DNA of 64,000 bases, from the NCBI GenBank assembly GCA_038087875.1, contig CM075994.1, positions 11,224,001 through 11,288,000 on the forward strand. The letters run 5' to 3'. Below the pieces are notes generated by a model. It did no database searches. It was not told the DNA's origin and was given only the letters and a program-made list of their open reading frames with translations. This DNA is from Malacoraja senta. Taxonomy: Eukaryota. Below, in pieces: positions 47,820 through 61,137 of this stretch (its first letter is position 1; each line of letters begins with the position of its first letter). The translations under genes and the position numbers were made by a program.

Positions 47820-50647
47820 TTACAGGAATCTGAGAGGTAGCTTTTTCACACAAAGGGTGGTGGGTGTATGGAACGAGCTGCCAGAGGAGGTAGTTAAGGC
47901 TGGGACTATCCTAATATTTAAGAGACATTTTGACACGTACATGGATAGGACAGGTTTAGATAGATATTGTCCAAACGCGTGTGAGTGGGTCTAGTGTAGA
48001 TGGGACATGTTGGTCAGTGTGGGCAAGTTAGGCTGAAGGGCCTGTTTCCACACTGCACCACTCTATGACTAAAAAGTTAAGAAGAAAAATGCATGTAGAT
48101 AAGTAGAGCAGATTTGAAAGTGAAATGTAAAGGCAGAGAGAGGTTTATGGGTGGAAAGATACATAGGAAAGGAGGGGGAGGGTGGGCTTGGGCAGATAGA
48201 TGAACGGAAAATAGACGCAAAGTGCTGGAGTAACTCAGTGGGTCAGGCAGCATCTGTGGAGAACATGGATGGGTGACGTTTCACGGAGTGCTGGAGTAAC
48301 TCAGTGGGTCAGGCAGCATCTCTGGAGAAAAGGTATAGATTATATTTCGAGTTAAGCCCCTTCTTCAGTAATATGCATGATGTGACATGCATAGACATTC
48401 CTGCATGTCACCCAAACCATCGTGAACTACTTTGTGACGGTGCTTGCCCTTTCCTACAACGTCTCTGCTGCCTTGGGTGATGCAGGACAGGACACGAGCT
48501 TTGGGACATGGTGTGAAGCTGTTGCAGTCTGTCCCAGCCTGGTAAAAGCCTGGATGGAGTGGATGTGGAGAGGATGTTTCCACGAGTGGGAGAGTCTAGG
48601 ACCAGTGGCCACAGCCTCAGAATTAAAAGACGTTCCTTTAGGAAGGATATGAGCAGAGGGTGGTGAACTGTGGAATTCATTGCCACAGACAGCTGTGGAG
48701 GCAAGTGGACATTTTTCAGAAGGAGATTGATAGATTCGTGATTGATACGGGATTCAGAGGTAATGGGGAGGGCAGGAGAATGGGTTTGAGAGGGAAAGGT
48801 ATTTAGTCATAGAGTGATACAGTGTGGAAACAGGCCCTTCGGCCCAGCATGTCCGATCTACACTAGTCCCACCTGCCCACGTTTGATCCATATCCCTCCA
48901 AACCTGTCCTATCCATGCACTAACTGTTTCTTTAATGTTGCGGTAGTCCCTGCCTCAATTACCTCATCTGGCAGCTTGTTGCATACACCTACCACACTTT
49001 GTGTGAAAAATATACCCCTCAGATTCCTATTAAATCTTTCCCCTCCATCTTAAACTTATATCCTCTGCTCCTCGATTCACCTACTCTGGGCAAAAGACTC
49101 AAGAGAGTTCAAGAGAGTTGTATTGTCATGTGTCCCTGATAGGACAATGAAATGCTTGCTTTGCTTTAGCACACCAGAACATAGTAGGCACGAATACTGA
49201 ACAGATCAGTGTGTCCATATACAATTGCATAAATATATACACACATGAATAATTACACTGATAAAGTGCAAATAAACAGATTATTGGCTATTAATGTTCA
49301 GAGTTTTGTCCGAGCCGAGTTTAATAGCCTGATGGCTGTGGGGAAGTAGCTGTTCCTGAACCTGGTCGTTGCAGTTTTCAGGCTCCTGTACCTTCTACCT
49401 GAAGGTAGTGGGGAGATGAGTGTATGGCCCGGACCTGATCTATTTAAATAATGATTTTATACACCTCTATTAGATCATCCCTCATCCTCCTGTGCTCCAT
49501 TAAACAGATGTATGGAGTCAACCTGATCTATTTAAATAATGATTTTATACACCTCTATTAGATCACCCCTCATCCTCCTGTGCTCCATGAAATAGAGTCC
49601 CAGCCTACTCATCCTCTCCCTATAGCTCTGGCCCTCTAGTCCTTGCAACATCCTCGTAAATCTTCACTGTACCCTTTCCAGTTTGATGACATATTTCCTA
49701 TAACATGGTGCCCAGAACTGAACACAATACTCTGAATGCGGCCTCACCAACTTCTTATCCAAATGCAACATGACCTCCAACTTCTATACTCAGCCTGACC
49801 CGCTGAGTTACTCCAGCACTCTGCGAAACATCACAGAACAGGGCAAGATTAACAAGTTTGCTGATGATACAGAAGTGAGTGGTTTTGCAGGTAGTGGATG
49901 TGGTTGTGAAAGATTGCAGCAGGATCTGGATCAATTAGCCAGGTGGGCAGAGGAATGGTTGATGGTTGCATGGTTCCTTGAAGGTCGAGTCGCAGGTATA
50001 TCAGGTGGTCAAAAAGTATTTTGGCACTTTGGCCTTCATCAGTCAGAGTATTGAGTAAAGAGGTTGGGAGGTCATGTTGCAGTTGTATAAGACGTTCGTG
50101 AGACCGCATTTAGAATATTGTGTTCAGTTCTGGGCATCATGTTATAGAGAGAAGTCAAACTGGAAGGAGTACAGGAAAGATTTATGAGGATGTTGCCAGG
50201 ACTAGAGGGTGTGAGCTATCGGGAGAGTTTGAGTAAGTTGGGACTCTATTCCATGGAGCGCAGGAGGATGAGGGGGTATCTTATAGAGGTGTACAAAATC
50301 ATTAGAGGAATAGTTCGGGTAGATGCACAGTCTTTTGCCCAGAGTAGGGGAATCGAGGACCAGATAACATAGGTTCAAGGTAAAGCGGTAAAGATTAAAT
50401 AGGAATCCGAACGGTAACTTTTTCACACAAAGAGTGGTGGGTGTGTGGAACGAGCTGCCAGAGGAGGTAGTTGAGGTTGGGACTATCCCATCGTTTAAGA
50501 AACAGTTAGGCAGGTACATGGATAGGACAGGATTGGAGGGATATGACCAACCGCAGGCAAGTGGAATTAGTGTAGTTGGGACATTGTTAGCCGGTGTGGG
50601 CAAGTTGGGCCAAAGGGCCTGTTTCCACACTGTGTCACTCTATGACT
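47820..50647. mobile_element. Cluster of CR1 3' fragments (both strands), Penelope terminal-repeat pieces and a Rex/L2-like tail
   Basis: FFTQRVVGVWNELPEEVV at 47820-48070 and 50400-50647; minus-strand CR1 at 48786-49790; insert at 49100-49432. Confidence 0.75.
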
Positions 50648-50681
50648 ATCCATGTTCTCCATTGATGCTGCCTGACCCATT

Positions 50682-51610
50682 GCGGCAGATTGTGGTTCCT
50701 CAGCTGCTGTAGGAAGAACATCATCTGTTGTGCCTTTTTGACTGTGGAGTCAAAGGTAGCCCCCCACTTAAGGTCATTGGAGATGATGGTTCCCAGGAAT
50801 ATAAAAGACTCCACAGATGTGACTGTGGTGTTGTTGAGGGTGAGAGGGGCGAGGGGAGGGGAACCTCTCCTAAAGTCTGCAATCAATTCCACTGTCTTAA
50901 GAGCATTGAGCTCCAGGTTGTTGCTACGGCGCTAGGACGCCAGCTGTGACACTTCCTGTCTGTAGGCAGATTCCTCCCCATCCTGGATCAGTCCAATAAG
51001 GGTTGTGTCGTCCGCAAACTTGATAAGCTTGACAGAGGTGTCTGTGGAGATGCAGTCATTGGTGCAGAGAGAGTAGAGGAGAGGGGGGAGTACGCAGCCT
51101 TGCGGTGCTCCTATGCTGAGCGTTTGCGGGTCCGATATGTGCTTTCCCAGCCTCACACGCTGCTTCCTGTCTGTCAGAAAGTTGGTGATCCACCGACAGA
51201 GGGGTTCAGGCACAGTCAACTCGGAAAGTTTGGAGTGTAGTAGCTCTGGCACAATGCAGAGCTAATATCAACAAATAAAATCCTCGCAAAGGTCCCCTGG
51301 CGTTCTAGGTGCTGGAGGATGAAGTGCAGGCCCAGATTGACTGCGTCATCCACAGATCTATTGGGCCAATATGCAAACTGCAGGGGGATTGTGATATTTT
51401 TCAGCTTGGCCAGCACAAGCCTTTCGAGTGTCTTCATGACTACAGAGGTCAGTGCGACAGGCCTGTAGTCATTAAGACAAGTAATCCTTGCCTTTTTGGG
51501 TACAGGGACAATAGTGGGGACTTTGAAACAGGCAGGGACAGTACATGTTTGCAGGGACAGGTAAAAATTGTCTGTGAGATTTCCGGCTTTTCTGTCTTCT
51601 GAAAAGCCTC
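50682..51610 (-). mobile_element. Rex1/Babar-type LINE RT fragment
   Basis: [45 protein letters not shown]. Confidence 0.85.
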
Positions 51611-52209
51611 TCCACCTCCTCTATTTTTATTGTTGATGAAGTGATGTTGTTCAGCAAGGAGGGAGTGGGTAATTGGGTGTGAAGTAGTGATTGGAGTGTG
51701 GTGGGTGTAGAAGGGTCCAGTCTTTGCAGACTGAGGTCAGGCTGTGAGTGGGTGTGAAGTGTCGGTTGGAGTGGGAAAGGGTCCAGTCTTTTCATGCTGG
51801 AGTCTTGCCTTATGTAGGTGTGAAGTGGTGAATGGGAAGGAGATGGTGCAGGGTCCATTCTTTGCAGACTGGGGTCTGGCTGTGTTTGTTGGGGAGGGGG
51901 TACCAGGGTTACGTTTCTGATTTTCAAACCTGCAGTAAAATTCATTCAGATCGTTGGTCAGCTGACGATTATCTAAAGAGCGGGAGGCTTTCCTCTAATA
52001 GCTCGTGATTTCTTGCATGCTCCTCCAAACTGAAGAAGAGTCACTGGCTGAGAACTTGCACCTCAACTTCTCAGAGTACATTTTCTTGGCAGCTCTGATT
52101 CCGCTTCTCAGCTCTTTATCGGTTAGGCAATCTTTTAACTTTAACGATTAGGCTATCGCCTTGACGCATATTTGCTTTCTCCTTTCTCCCTCCCAAGCAA
52201 CGTTGGAAG

Positions 52210-52435
52210 GCCCGCGGCGGCGGAGGGGAGGGAGAGGCGAGGGTCCGCGGCACAGGGGTGGAGAGGCGATGGTCCGCAGCGAGGGGGGGGAGAGGCGAGG
52301 CTCCGCGGCGGGGGCGGAAGGAGAGGCGAGGGTCCGCGTGAGGGGGAGAGGCGAGTGTCCGCGGGGGGGGGGGAGAGGCGAGTGTCCGCGGCGGGGGGGG
52401 GGGGTGAGAGGCGAGTGTCCGCGGCGGGGGAGAAG
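52210..52435. repeat. G-rich tandem repeat, unit about 27-30 bp
   Basis: Unit gagaggcgagggtccgcggc(g)n, about 8 copies. Confidence 0.8.
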
Positions 52436-52855
52436 CGACGATCCGTGACGGGGGTGGGGGGTGACGTGGGCGGAAGATGGCGTGTGCCCGGTGTCTATTG
52501 TTGCGGGCTATATTTTCTTTCACTGCGAGTTTTAAGTTACTGCCTCTGATGATTCTACTGTTGACCGGAAGGTGTCTGGTTGTCGGAATATTACAGGGAA
52601 CAAACAGAACAATAGAAAGAAAAGTGTATTCAAATGACGCATTGTCGTATATGCTATCATCTGTTTTTTATTATCCGTGAACATCTTATTCATTAAGAAG
52701 TTTCTGTTCGCTCTAATGTACAATGATATATATTTTCATTATAATAACTCCAAAGGTCCGTTTCATGTGGTTATGGCGGTAGATATTTTATCTCACAAAA
52801 GTTTACAAGTATCGACATGAATCAATCTTGATTGAAAGGTTGGATGAAAGGTTCG

Positions 52856-53178
52856 GACGGTCACGGTTGGTCTGCGACAGAGTTGCTGCCTTACAGCGAA
52901 TGCAGCGCCGGGGACACGGGTTCGATCCCGACTAAGGGCGCTGTTTGTACGGAGTTTGTACGTTCTCTCCGTGACCTGCGTGGGTTTTCTCCGATTTATT
53001 CGGGTTTCCTCCCACACCCCAAAGACGTACAGGTTTGTAGGTTAATTCGCTTGGTAAATGTTTTTTTTAAATTGACCCTTGTCGGTGTAGGATAGTGTTC
53101 ATGTGCGGGGATCGCTAGTTGGCACGAACCCGGCGGGCCGAAGGGCCTGTTTCCGCGCTGTTTCTCTAAAACTAAACT
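52856..53178 (+). mobile_element. tRNA-derived V-SINE (HE1-like)
   Basis: B-box GGTTCGATCCC; V-domain-like gagtttgtacgttctc..gcgtgggttttctcc..ggtttcctcccaca; CR1-like 3' end gggccgaagggcctgtttcc. Confidence 0.8.
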
Positions 53179-53429
53179 GTACAAATTAAAAAAAGAATCT
53201 ATATTTCAATAACACACACCATTCGCTTCATGTATTATTATGCAACAATATGATTATTACTCTGGGGCAATGCAAGAAGGTATTTTAAGCGAAATGCCAC
53301 ATGCGTTTCTTGCAGACGATACTTGTTGTTTCGTATAAAGGTATTAAAAATCGAAATGATTGTTCAAAATTGAATATATTTCCAAGGGAAGGATCATTGT
53401 AAAAAATGTTAGCATACGTTCTGAAATCT

Positions 53430-54490
53430 GTAACATAATGTTTGCAGCAAGGAGAAAGGAAAAGTTGTGCTTATGATGGACGTCCCCTTTCTTGAGTAAC
53501 CGTAGTTTCCCCGCTGCTATGATGGGTGCATCATCACCCACATCTCCTCTGGGTCTTGCAGTTCTGCTCTCGCTCCCCTTGCCTCCGCACGGAACTACGA
53601 AATGGTTCCCCAGGTCCTTAAATTTCAGCCACCTGCCTCCTTATCCAACACATTATTCTCCATATCTACCCCACACATCTTCCCATCCCCACTACTTCTC
53701 GGCTTCCATAAAGACCGCTCTCCCTTATCCGTTTGCAGCCTAACCACCCTCTCCCCAGGTACCACCCGCTACAGCACAGGAGATGTAACACCTGCCATCA
53801 TGCATTACATCCGTCCAATGCCACCAGTAGTCCTTCTACGGGAGAGAGAGGTTCGCATGCACGTCCACTGACGTCATCTGCTGGTTTTGGTGCGTCCGAT
53901 GTGGACTCTTTACTTCGGCAAGACCAAGCGTTGACGAGGCGACCATCTCACCGAATAGTTGCTCTCGGTCGGGGAGGTGGTACACCATATTCCGGTTATT
54001 AAACATTAAAACTCGATTACCCATTCCCACATGCATTCGTGTATTTGGCCTCCTTCATTGTTAGAGTAATGCCACACGTAAGTGTTGGAACACCATCTCA
54101 TATTCCGCTTGAATATTTTACAAATTAACGGTATGAGCACTGAACCCTTCAATATTTGGTAACTAACCGAAACTACTACTCCCCCCTTCGACCCCCACCC
54201 TCTACCCCCCCCCCTGCGATTCGCCCCAACTGCCTTCGCACTCGTGTCTCCCTTCCCTCTATCCACGTGAAACCATCCGCCGATCAACCCCCTTCACCTA
54301 TCCACCTACCATGCCAGACTTTGTCCCAATCTCAACTCTCTTCCCTCTATCTACACAGGAACAAGCACAATCAGTATGAAGAATTCCCTGACCAGAAGAG
54401 TTAACGAACCATGTTCCCCAAAGGTACTGTATGACGCTGTAAATTACACCAGCAATTTGTGTCTACAATATCTGCAGTTTCTTGTGTCTT
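53430..54490 (+). mobile_element. Old Penelope 3' fragment
   Basis: Nucleotide similarity to the reverse complement of 11520-12500; LEHHLIFRL motif; decayed terminal repeat. Confidence 0.65.
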
Positions 54491-54844
54491 CATATGTGTG
54501 AACGTATTGGATTAGTTGTTAGCCCGTGTTAAACGAATCCAGATATAGCACCACCTTCCCTGATGATTTTCAACGTACACGACAATTGATCTTCCGCTTT
54601 TTTCATCCCCCGTCTCTCTCGGGTAATAGGATTGTTGCACCCCGATTTCCACAGTAATCTTGAACGTACTTCACAGCTTTCTATATATTCCCCCATTAAT
54701 TACGCTCTGTAACATTTGATCTGATGACGATCATCTGCATAATATTTTTCACCGTATGACGTCTCCCACCGCATCCACACCAACCATCGATCAACCTGGC
54801 AAACTTGCTCTGTGTTGTCCCACTTTGTCCATTCAGATGCCACA

Positions 54845-55025
54845 AACAAGAGGCAACTTACAGATGCCAATTAACCTACCAACTTGAAAGTCTTTGTGAT
54901 GTGGGAAGAAGTCGGAGCATCCAGTGGAAAATGCAGTCACATTGAGAATGTGCAAATTCCAGACAGATATCATCCGAGGTGAATGTCAAACTTGGGTCAA
55001 GAGCTCGGTGAGGCAGCAACTCTCT
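54845..55025 (-). mobile_element. Decayed V-SINE copy
   Basis: aattaacctac..gtctttg..tgtggga matches the reverse complement of 53010-53047. Confidence 0.5.
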
Positions 55026-55744
55026 TCCGCCCATTACTCAGCTCACCCACTCTGCGCAAACTACTGAATGTCGCGTAGACATATTGGAACGAGCCAGGCT
55101 ATGTAAATATCCATCTCCCTTTTCATTCTCTATACCTTTACAGTATCGACAGGTTTTGCCAGGCTTTCCAAAGATGCCAGGAGTTCCCTTTCAATTTGAA
55201 CGTACTGCGGGCATATTAAGGTGACATCTCGCCATACACCATTAATAACATTTCCTCGTTCCCTTTTCCATATTCATTTCCACCTGCTTCTATCTCCAAT
55301 CAGATGAGCCGTGACGCGCAAGTCTAAAGCACCCTCGACATCCGATACCAATACCACGTCCGCCCGTGAGTCTCCCCTGCTCCTCATTCTACCATAAGCT
55401 CTCTCCGCTTAGTAGATTCGGTCATTCAGTCCACTATGGAACTGCAAATATGCAGATGTTCCAATGAGATTTCTTTGACCTGAAACGCTTTCTCTGATGC
55501 ACTCTCCTCGGATATTGCATGACATGCGAGTATTCTCAGTGGTTCCCTTTTCACTCAAGAACCAGTGTTCCCACTGAAAATTGGACGAACACGTCCACTT
55601 CCCAAACCCCCGCTCTCACACTCGCACACAAACGGACTAACACATTTTAAGTTGGTGTGAAAAATACTTTGTGTTAAAATAAGCAAAAATTTTCAGAAAT
55701 ATTTATTTCAAGTGAAACAAATCGCGAAATAGTGCCTGTGATTT

Positions 55745-56045
55745 GACTTATGACTTAGATTCCTTAATTGTCATTCAGACCTTTCGGTCTGAACGAAATT
55801 TCGTTGCCTGCAGTCATACATATAATAAATAACAAAACACACAATAAACACAAATTAACATCCACCACAGTGAGTTCACCAGGCACCTCCTCACTGTGAT
55901 GGAGGCAAAAGTCTTAAAGTCTCTGTCTCTTCCCTCTTTGTTCTCCTTCTGCGCTGAGGCGATCCAGGCTTCTGACGCTGTGACCCCGCCGGGTGATGGC
56001 AAATCAGTCCCGCGGCTGAATCCGTGCTCCGCTCCGCGACGGGCG
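55745..56045 (-). mobile_element. 3' fragment of a GC-rich retroposon or LINE tail
   Basis: Hairpin ttcagacc-tttc-ggtctgaa; motif acatccaccaca..cactgtg shared with 19185-19230. Confidence 0.55.
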
Positions 56046-56196
56046 ATATGCTTTTTCGGGATACGAATATGTATGGCAGCGATGTAAACAGGAAAAACGC
56101 TAATGTATTACCCATTACAAATTTAGTCCTGTGCATCGTAAATTAAAATTCCATTTGAATGTGCATATGTCCCCTGAGTTTGTCAAGCTGTGTCTT

Positions 56197-57090
56197 TCAC
56201 TTCAATAATTTAGAAAGTAAAACAAGAGGCCGTTTAATCATTTTCTTCATTTCATCTCTGAAGTTTCGTTGGGACGCAGCATAAATGAACGTGTTTGGAC
56301 AAGTGCTTAAAACTCTTAACTGGAATCCAGTTTCTTCTGCAACGGCGAATGATCTCTGTAATCAGATTTCATCAGTTGATTATCGGTAAAATGTAGAGCA
56401 TCAAAGCAAGCAAAATTTACCGTCCACAATAGAAGGAAACGACCAGATATCGCGAGTAGTAAAATGATCGATTTCCGTCGGTTCTCAATTTCTTAATCCA
56501 TCCGGCACTTCTCACTTTCGTTTCCCCGTAATTTGTTTCTGATTCTGTTCGCCCGTATAATATGACTTATTGTTAAGGCGTTGAACAGGAAGATCAACAC
56601 AAATGGTAGAAATAGTGTTAAGATGGTCTCTAACTATAAGAATGCAGCCCAAATAGGTAAATTATAGAAGCTTGATTTTGCAGTGCAGTATCGGGGCACA
56701 TTGTCAATTACTTCACGTGGTTCAAGTAAGATGAAAACCGGCATATTTTCGACAATGCATAATAAACAAACGATCGTTATAACCGTTGTTGATTTTTTTC
56801 AGTGCAGTACTTAGTTTTTAACGACTGACCACAAATAGAAACAAATCGATCAAAGGTAAACGACACAATCGGAACAATCAATAACAATATAAATCAAGGT
56901 CATATTGAGACGGCAGATTGGAGTGTAATCTAGGACTGAACGTGGAAAAACGCATCATTAATCTCAAAAAGTATTGGACCAAATATCAGATGCGATAGGT
57001 TAGCTGCCGCCATCCATACTAGATACCGGGTGATGCATATGGAGAGCCCACACTTTCCGGTGGACAGGATGGAGATTGTCAATATATTAG
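56197..57090 (-). pseudogene. GPR139-like GPCR paralog, exon 2, disabled
   Basis: Acceptor ctttattctttgcag| in the same phase as the intact gene. NILTISILSTGKCGLSICITRYLVWMAAANL, FTFDRFVSIC, ENRRKSIILLLAISG, STCPNTFIYAASQRNFR. Several frameshifts and stops. Confidence 0.9.
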
Positions 57091-57829
57091 CTGCAAAGAA
57101 TAAAGGGAATTGCATTAAAACGTATCTTGTAAATTGTCTTTCTTCCACATGTTGCATTATTTCCATTGCTCATTTATCCACAGTTTTTTAATTCAATTTA
57201 TGGAATGAATAATAATCAGGATACGGTTTCTATCTCTTGCCTATTATCCATAATTTATGCACTAAATGGGGCATACACGAAATGCACGAAATGGGAGCTA
57301 TTAGAGTAACCAACGCTATTAGGGATTTTTGGTTATCTTTCAAATTTCCTCTGGAGCAACAATAACTGTGCTGGCGTGATTCAACTGTGAGAATGATTAG
57401 ATTGATAAGGACAGTGGTCGGTACGCATTAAGAATTTGGATCACAGGTCACGTTGTGATATAGCTGCAGATTAATTTCAGACGTTAAAGCTGCGGGTTGC
57501 AGAAAATATTATACTATCGTTTATATTTATTACCAGATTATTTTTATGCTTAAACTATCCTGGTATGTTCTCACTTTGTTATAATACAGTAACAACTACC
57601 AGGTATGTTTTCTTAACAGAAACCAAACAATTGCTGTACAACAAATCGTTATGGAGGCCTTTGAATTATGCAAGTATAATCGAGAAATAAGTGTGAGAAA
57701 TGTGCTCAGTGAATGTAAGGTTACATGGTTATCACAGCATTGATGTCCGCCGTCGCTGATATTACCAGATAACGGTGGCCGTATTTGAAAAAAAACCCTT
57801 AAATTTCGCCATGGAGAAATTTATTTGAT

Positions 57830-58945
57830 TCTCTTTTTTTTAAATATTTTATTTATTAGAAGTAATGTACATTACAGTGATATAAGCCAAAAATAACATA
57901 ATACATTCCCTGTACCACTTCTTGTTTTAAACTTAAAAAATAAGAAAAATAGAGAGTTAGATAAGATAGTAAGTGCGTGAAAGAGTGATCAGGAGAAACC
58001 CGTGGAAACGTAAAACACGAGAAAGAGTTAAAAAGAAAACCAAAGAAAAAGAAAGAGAGAAATAGAGAACAGAAGATATAAGAAAGTAACATAAGACAAA
58101 AGGGATGTACCTACTTCGTATCTTTACACACCCCTCACCAGATCCTGAAACCATTTATTTTCAAAGTTATGTTGCACCCTATGCTTGTAATAAGTCGATA
58201 AATGGAGACCAAATCTTTTGGAAATGGTCTGATTTGCCTGCTAGGAGGAATCTCATGTCTTCCAGGTGTAACATTTCGGACATATTTGAAATCCACATGT
58301 TTATCGTTGGTGTGGGAGCGTTTTTCCAGAATTTAAGTATGTCTTTTTGCCATTATTAAGCCGTAATTAAGGAAGCTCTTTTGGAACGAAGTCAGCTCAA
58401 AGCTGGCTTCCATTGTTCCAAAAATAAAAAATTCTGCGTTCGGGTTCAGTTTTATTTTAAATAATTTTTTTAACATTTCAAAGATTTCATTCCAAAATGT
58501 TTGGATTTTTATACAAAAAAGAATGGAATGTGCTATAGTTACTTCTTGGGATAGACATATATCACAGATGGGGGAGACATTTGGAAAAAAGTTACTTCTT
58601 GTAGTTTTTGAGTAATATAGTCTATGTAAAGTTTTAAATTGGATTAGAATATGTGTTACATTGATCGAGCATTTGTGCACATATAGCAAGTGTTTATCCC
58701 AACTCTCTTTCGAGATTTTTATAGCTAGTTCTTGTTCCCAATCTCTTCTAATTCTATCGGATGATGGCATTTCTATATTTAGGATGATATTATACAAGTA
58801 TGATATTAAATTAGTTGATTCCGCCTTTATATTCATTGCTTCGTCTAATAGGTCTGGAGACAAATTTTGATATTCTTGTGTATATTTTTTCAAATAGTCA
58901 CGGATTTGAAAATATTTAAAATATTGATTAATATTGATCACTCCT
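57830..58945 (-). mobile_element. 5'-truncated L1, same family as 40476-46539
   Basis: ORF 58333-58989 matches the ORF2 C-terminus. T-run at 57834. Candidate TSD tttatttgat (57820-57829 and 58946-58955). Confidence 0.88.
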
Positions 58946-59389
58946 TTTATTTGATCGTGATAAAATGACAGTTGTGATTTTGACACCAAAAATAGTTTGT
59001 TGTATTTTTTTTATCCTGCAATCGATTCCCCAATAATTCAAAAACCTTTTGCATTTCTGGCAGTAATTTTTGCAGATCTGTGTCAAACAGTAATATTACA
59101 TTGTATATTATATCTATGTTTCGTCAAACTGGAACTACAAATCAGTGCCAAAAGGATAGCTTCCGTATTCAGGGCAATTAAGCTGAATGGTTAGCATTTG
59201 AAATAAAATGCTTGACGAAATTAATCGCATCCAGTAAATCTCCCCATTTAACGTCGACACTGCTCATTAGGGAATAACGTCCATCTCGTTTTGAGCGCAG
59301 CAAAATACACTTTTATGGCACAAAACAAATAGGTGTATGTGGGACTATTCCCTACCTTCGTTGACTTTATCGACATGATAAACTTTATC

Positions 59390-59960
59390 GGTGGGGGCGC
59401 TGCAAGCCGGCAACCCTGTCAGCAGCTTGGTAGTCTTTTCAACGTTTGTTTCTTATTTTAAGTGTGTTTTAATGTATGTTTTTAATGTTTCTTTGTGTGT
59501 CTTGTGTGGGGAGTGGTGTGGGGGTGGGGTGGTCAGCAGGGAAACCGTTTCGGTCGCCTCCTCCACGGAGAGGCGACTTTTTGCAGCTCGCCTCCCCCGT
59601 GGCCTAACATCGAGGATTGGGCGGCCTTTCCCGGAGACGCGCCCGGGGCTTCAGCGGCGGGCGCAGCGCGGACTCTCGGCGTGGACCGGGCGAGCCCTCA
59701 CCAGGGCTCGCCGGAGGTGAGCGCTCCGTTACGCTGGCCCGCGGCAGCCGGCAGCCTGAAGTCGCGGTCTGCGGAGCTCGGCGTGCGGACCCTGGGATCC
59801 CTCGTGGGGACCCGGGAGGAGAAGAAGCTCTGACCGTCGGCCCGCGGCCAACATCTACCGCGGGCCCGGCGTGGACTTACCCTCGCCCCTGGAGGGGAGC
59901 TCCGACCGCCGGCCCTGCGGTCTGCGGTGCTTCTGGCTGCGGCGCGGCGGGGACTTTAAA
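59390..59960 (+). mobile_element. GC-rich non-coding retroposon, 5' portion
   Basis: 3' part homologous to the reverse complement of 19420-19700; 5' architecture like 31885-32100. Confidence 0.6.
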
Positions 59961-60744
59961 TCTTCGTTCCCATAATATCTTCTATGTTGCACTAAAATCC
60001 TTTTCCTGTTCCTTCCCCTGCTGTTTTTTTCTACTTTTCTTAATACCTCTCTGCTGTGGGTTAGTTGCGGGAACGGCTATAATATAACATATTAAATGGT
60101 GGGGTGGCACACTGAGTCAAATATAATTGGGATGCAACACTAACACGAGCCTTTGAGCCCATCAAGTACACATAAAATTTGCAGATACGAGGAATTGCGG
60201 ATGCGATATTACCAAAAAAAGATACAATGTATCGGAATATGTTAGATGGTCAGACAACGTCTCCGGATGACTTCTTCCTCTTGCGTTTGAGTCAGCAGAA
60301 GTCCGCAGCAGGGTGATGCCATCCGGTTTGACATCCAGAGATGCCCGCTCTGACTCTGAAAATCAGTGACTCTGCCTTCTGCGCTATTGGGATGTCAGCT
60401 GTTAAACCGTGTTAACCAAATTAGCTTGCAAAGAAACTGATTAAAATCATTCCAAGAAGCTGCTGCTTGAACATTACTGAAATAATGGCCAGCGTGGCAT
60501 TAAAACCAACTATAATCTCGGCGTTTTACGTAATTATGAAATATGAGGGAAGTAACGGATGGGTGGAGCTGACATCCAAAATCAGACATCATCCTGATGA
60601 ATAGACAAGCAGCCAGATGGCCGACTCTTGCTTTTAATATTCACCATGCTGAGTTGATTGCATGGAAAATTACTCCTGCCGTGAGAAATATTCCGGTCAT
60701 TTGAAGAGCTCAATTTTGCTGCTCCTTTGAAATATTCTGACGTA

Positions 60745-61137
60745 TACTCTGGGATTTAGAAGGATAAGAGAGGATCTAATTGAAGCATATAAGATTATTA
60801 AGGGTTTGGACATGCTAGAGACGCGAAATGTTCCCGATATTGGGTGTCCAGAGCCAGGGGCCACAGCTTAAGAATAAGGCGTAAGCCATTTGGAACGTGT
60901 GGAAATACTTTTTCACACAGAGAGTTGTGAGTCTGTGGAATTCTCGGCCTCAGAGGGCGGTTGAGGCCGGTGCTCCAGATACTTTCAAGAGAGAGCTTGA
61001 TAGGGCTCTTAAAGATAGGGGATATGGGGAGACGGCAGCAACGGGGTACTGATTGGCTATGATCAGCCATGATCACATTGAATGGCGGTGCTGGCTCGAA
61101 GGGCCGATTGGCTATTGTCTATTGTATTTTGTCTATT
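60745..61137 (+). mobile_element. CR1 3' fragment
   Basis: Matches 34635-35020; (ctattgt)n tail. Confidence 0.8.

Noticed and set aside
47582..47820. hAT-like left end (CAGGCCCGTA..)
   Set aside because: No matching right TIR or TSD found.
52856..52945. tRNA gene
   Set aside because: Only a B-box-containing head followed by a SINE body and LINE-like tail; no full cloverleaf.
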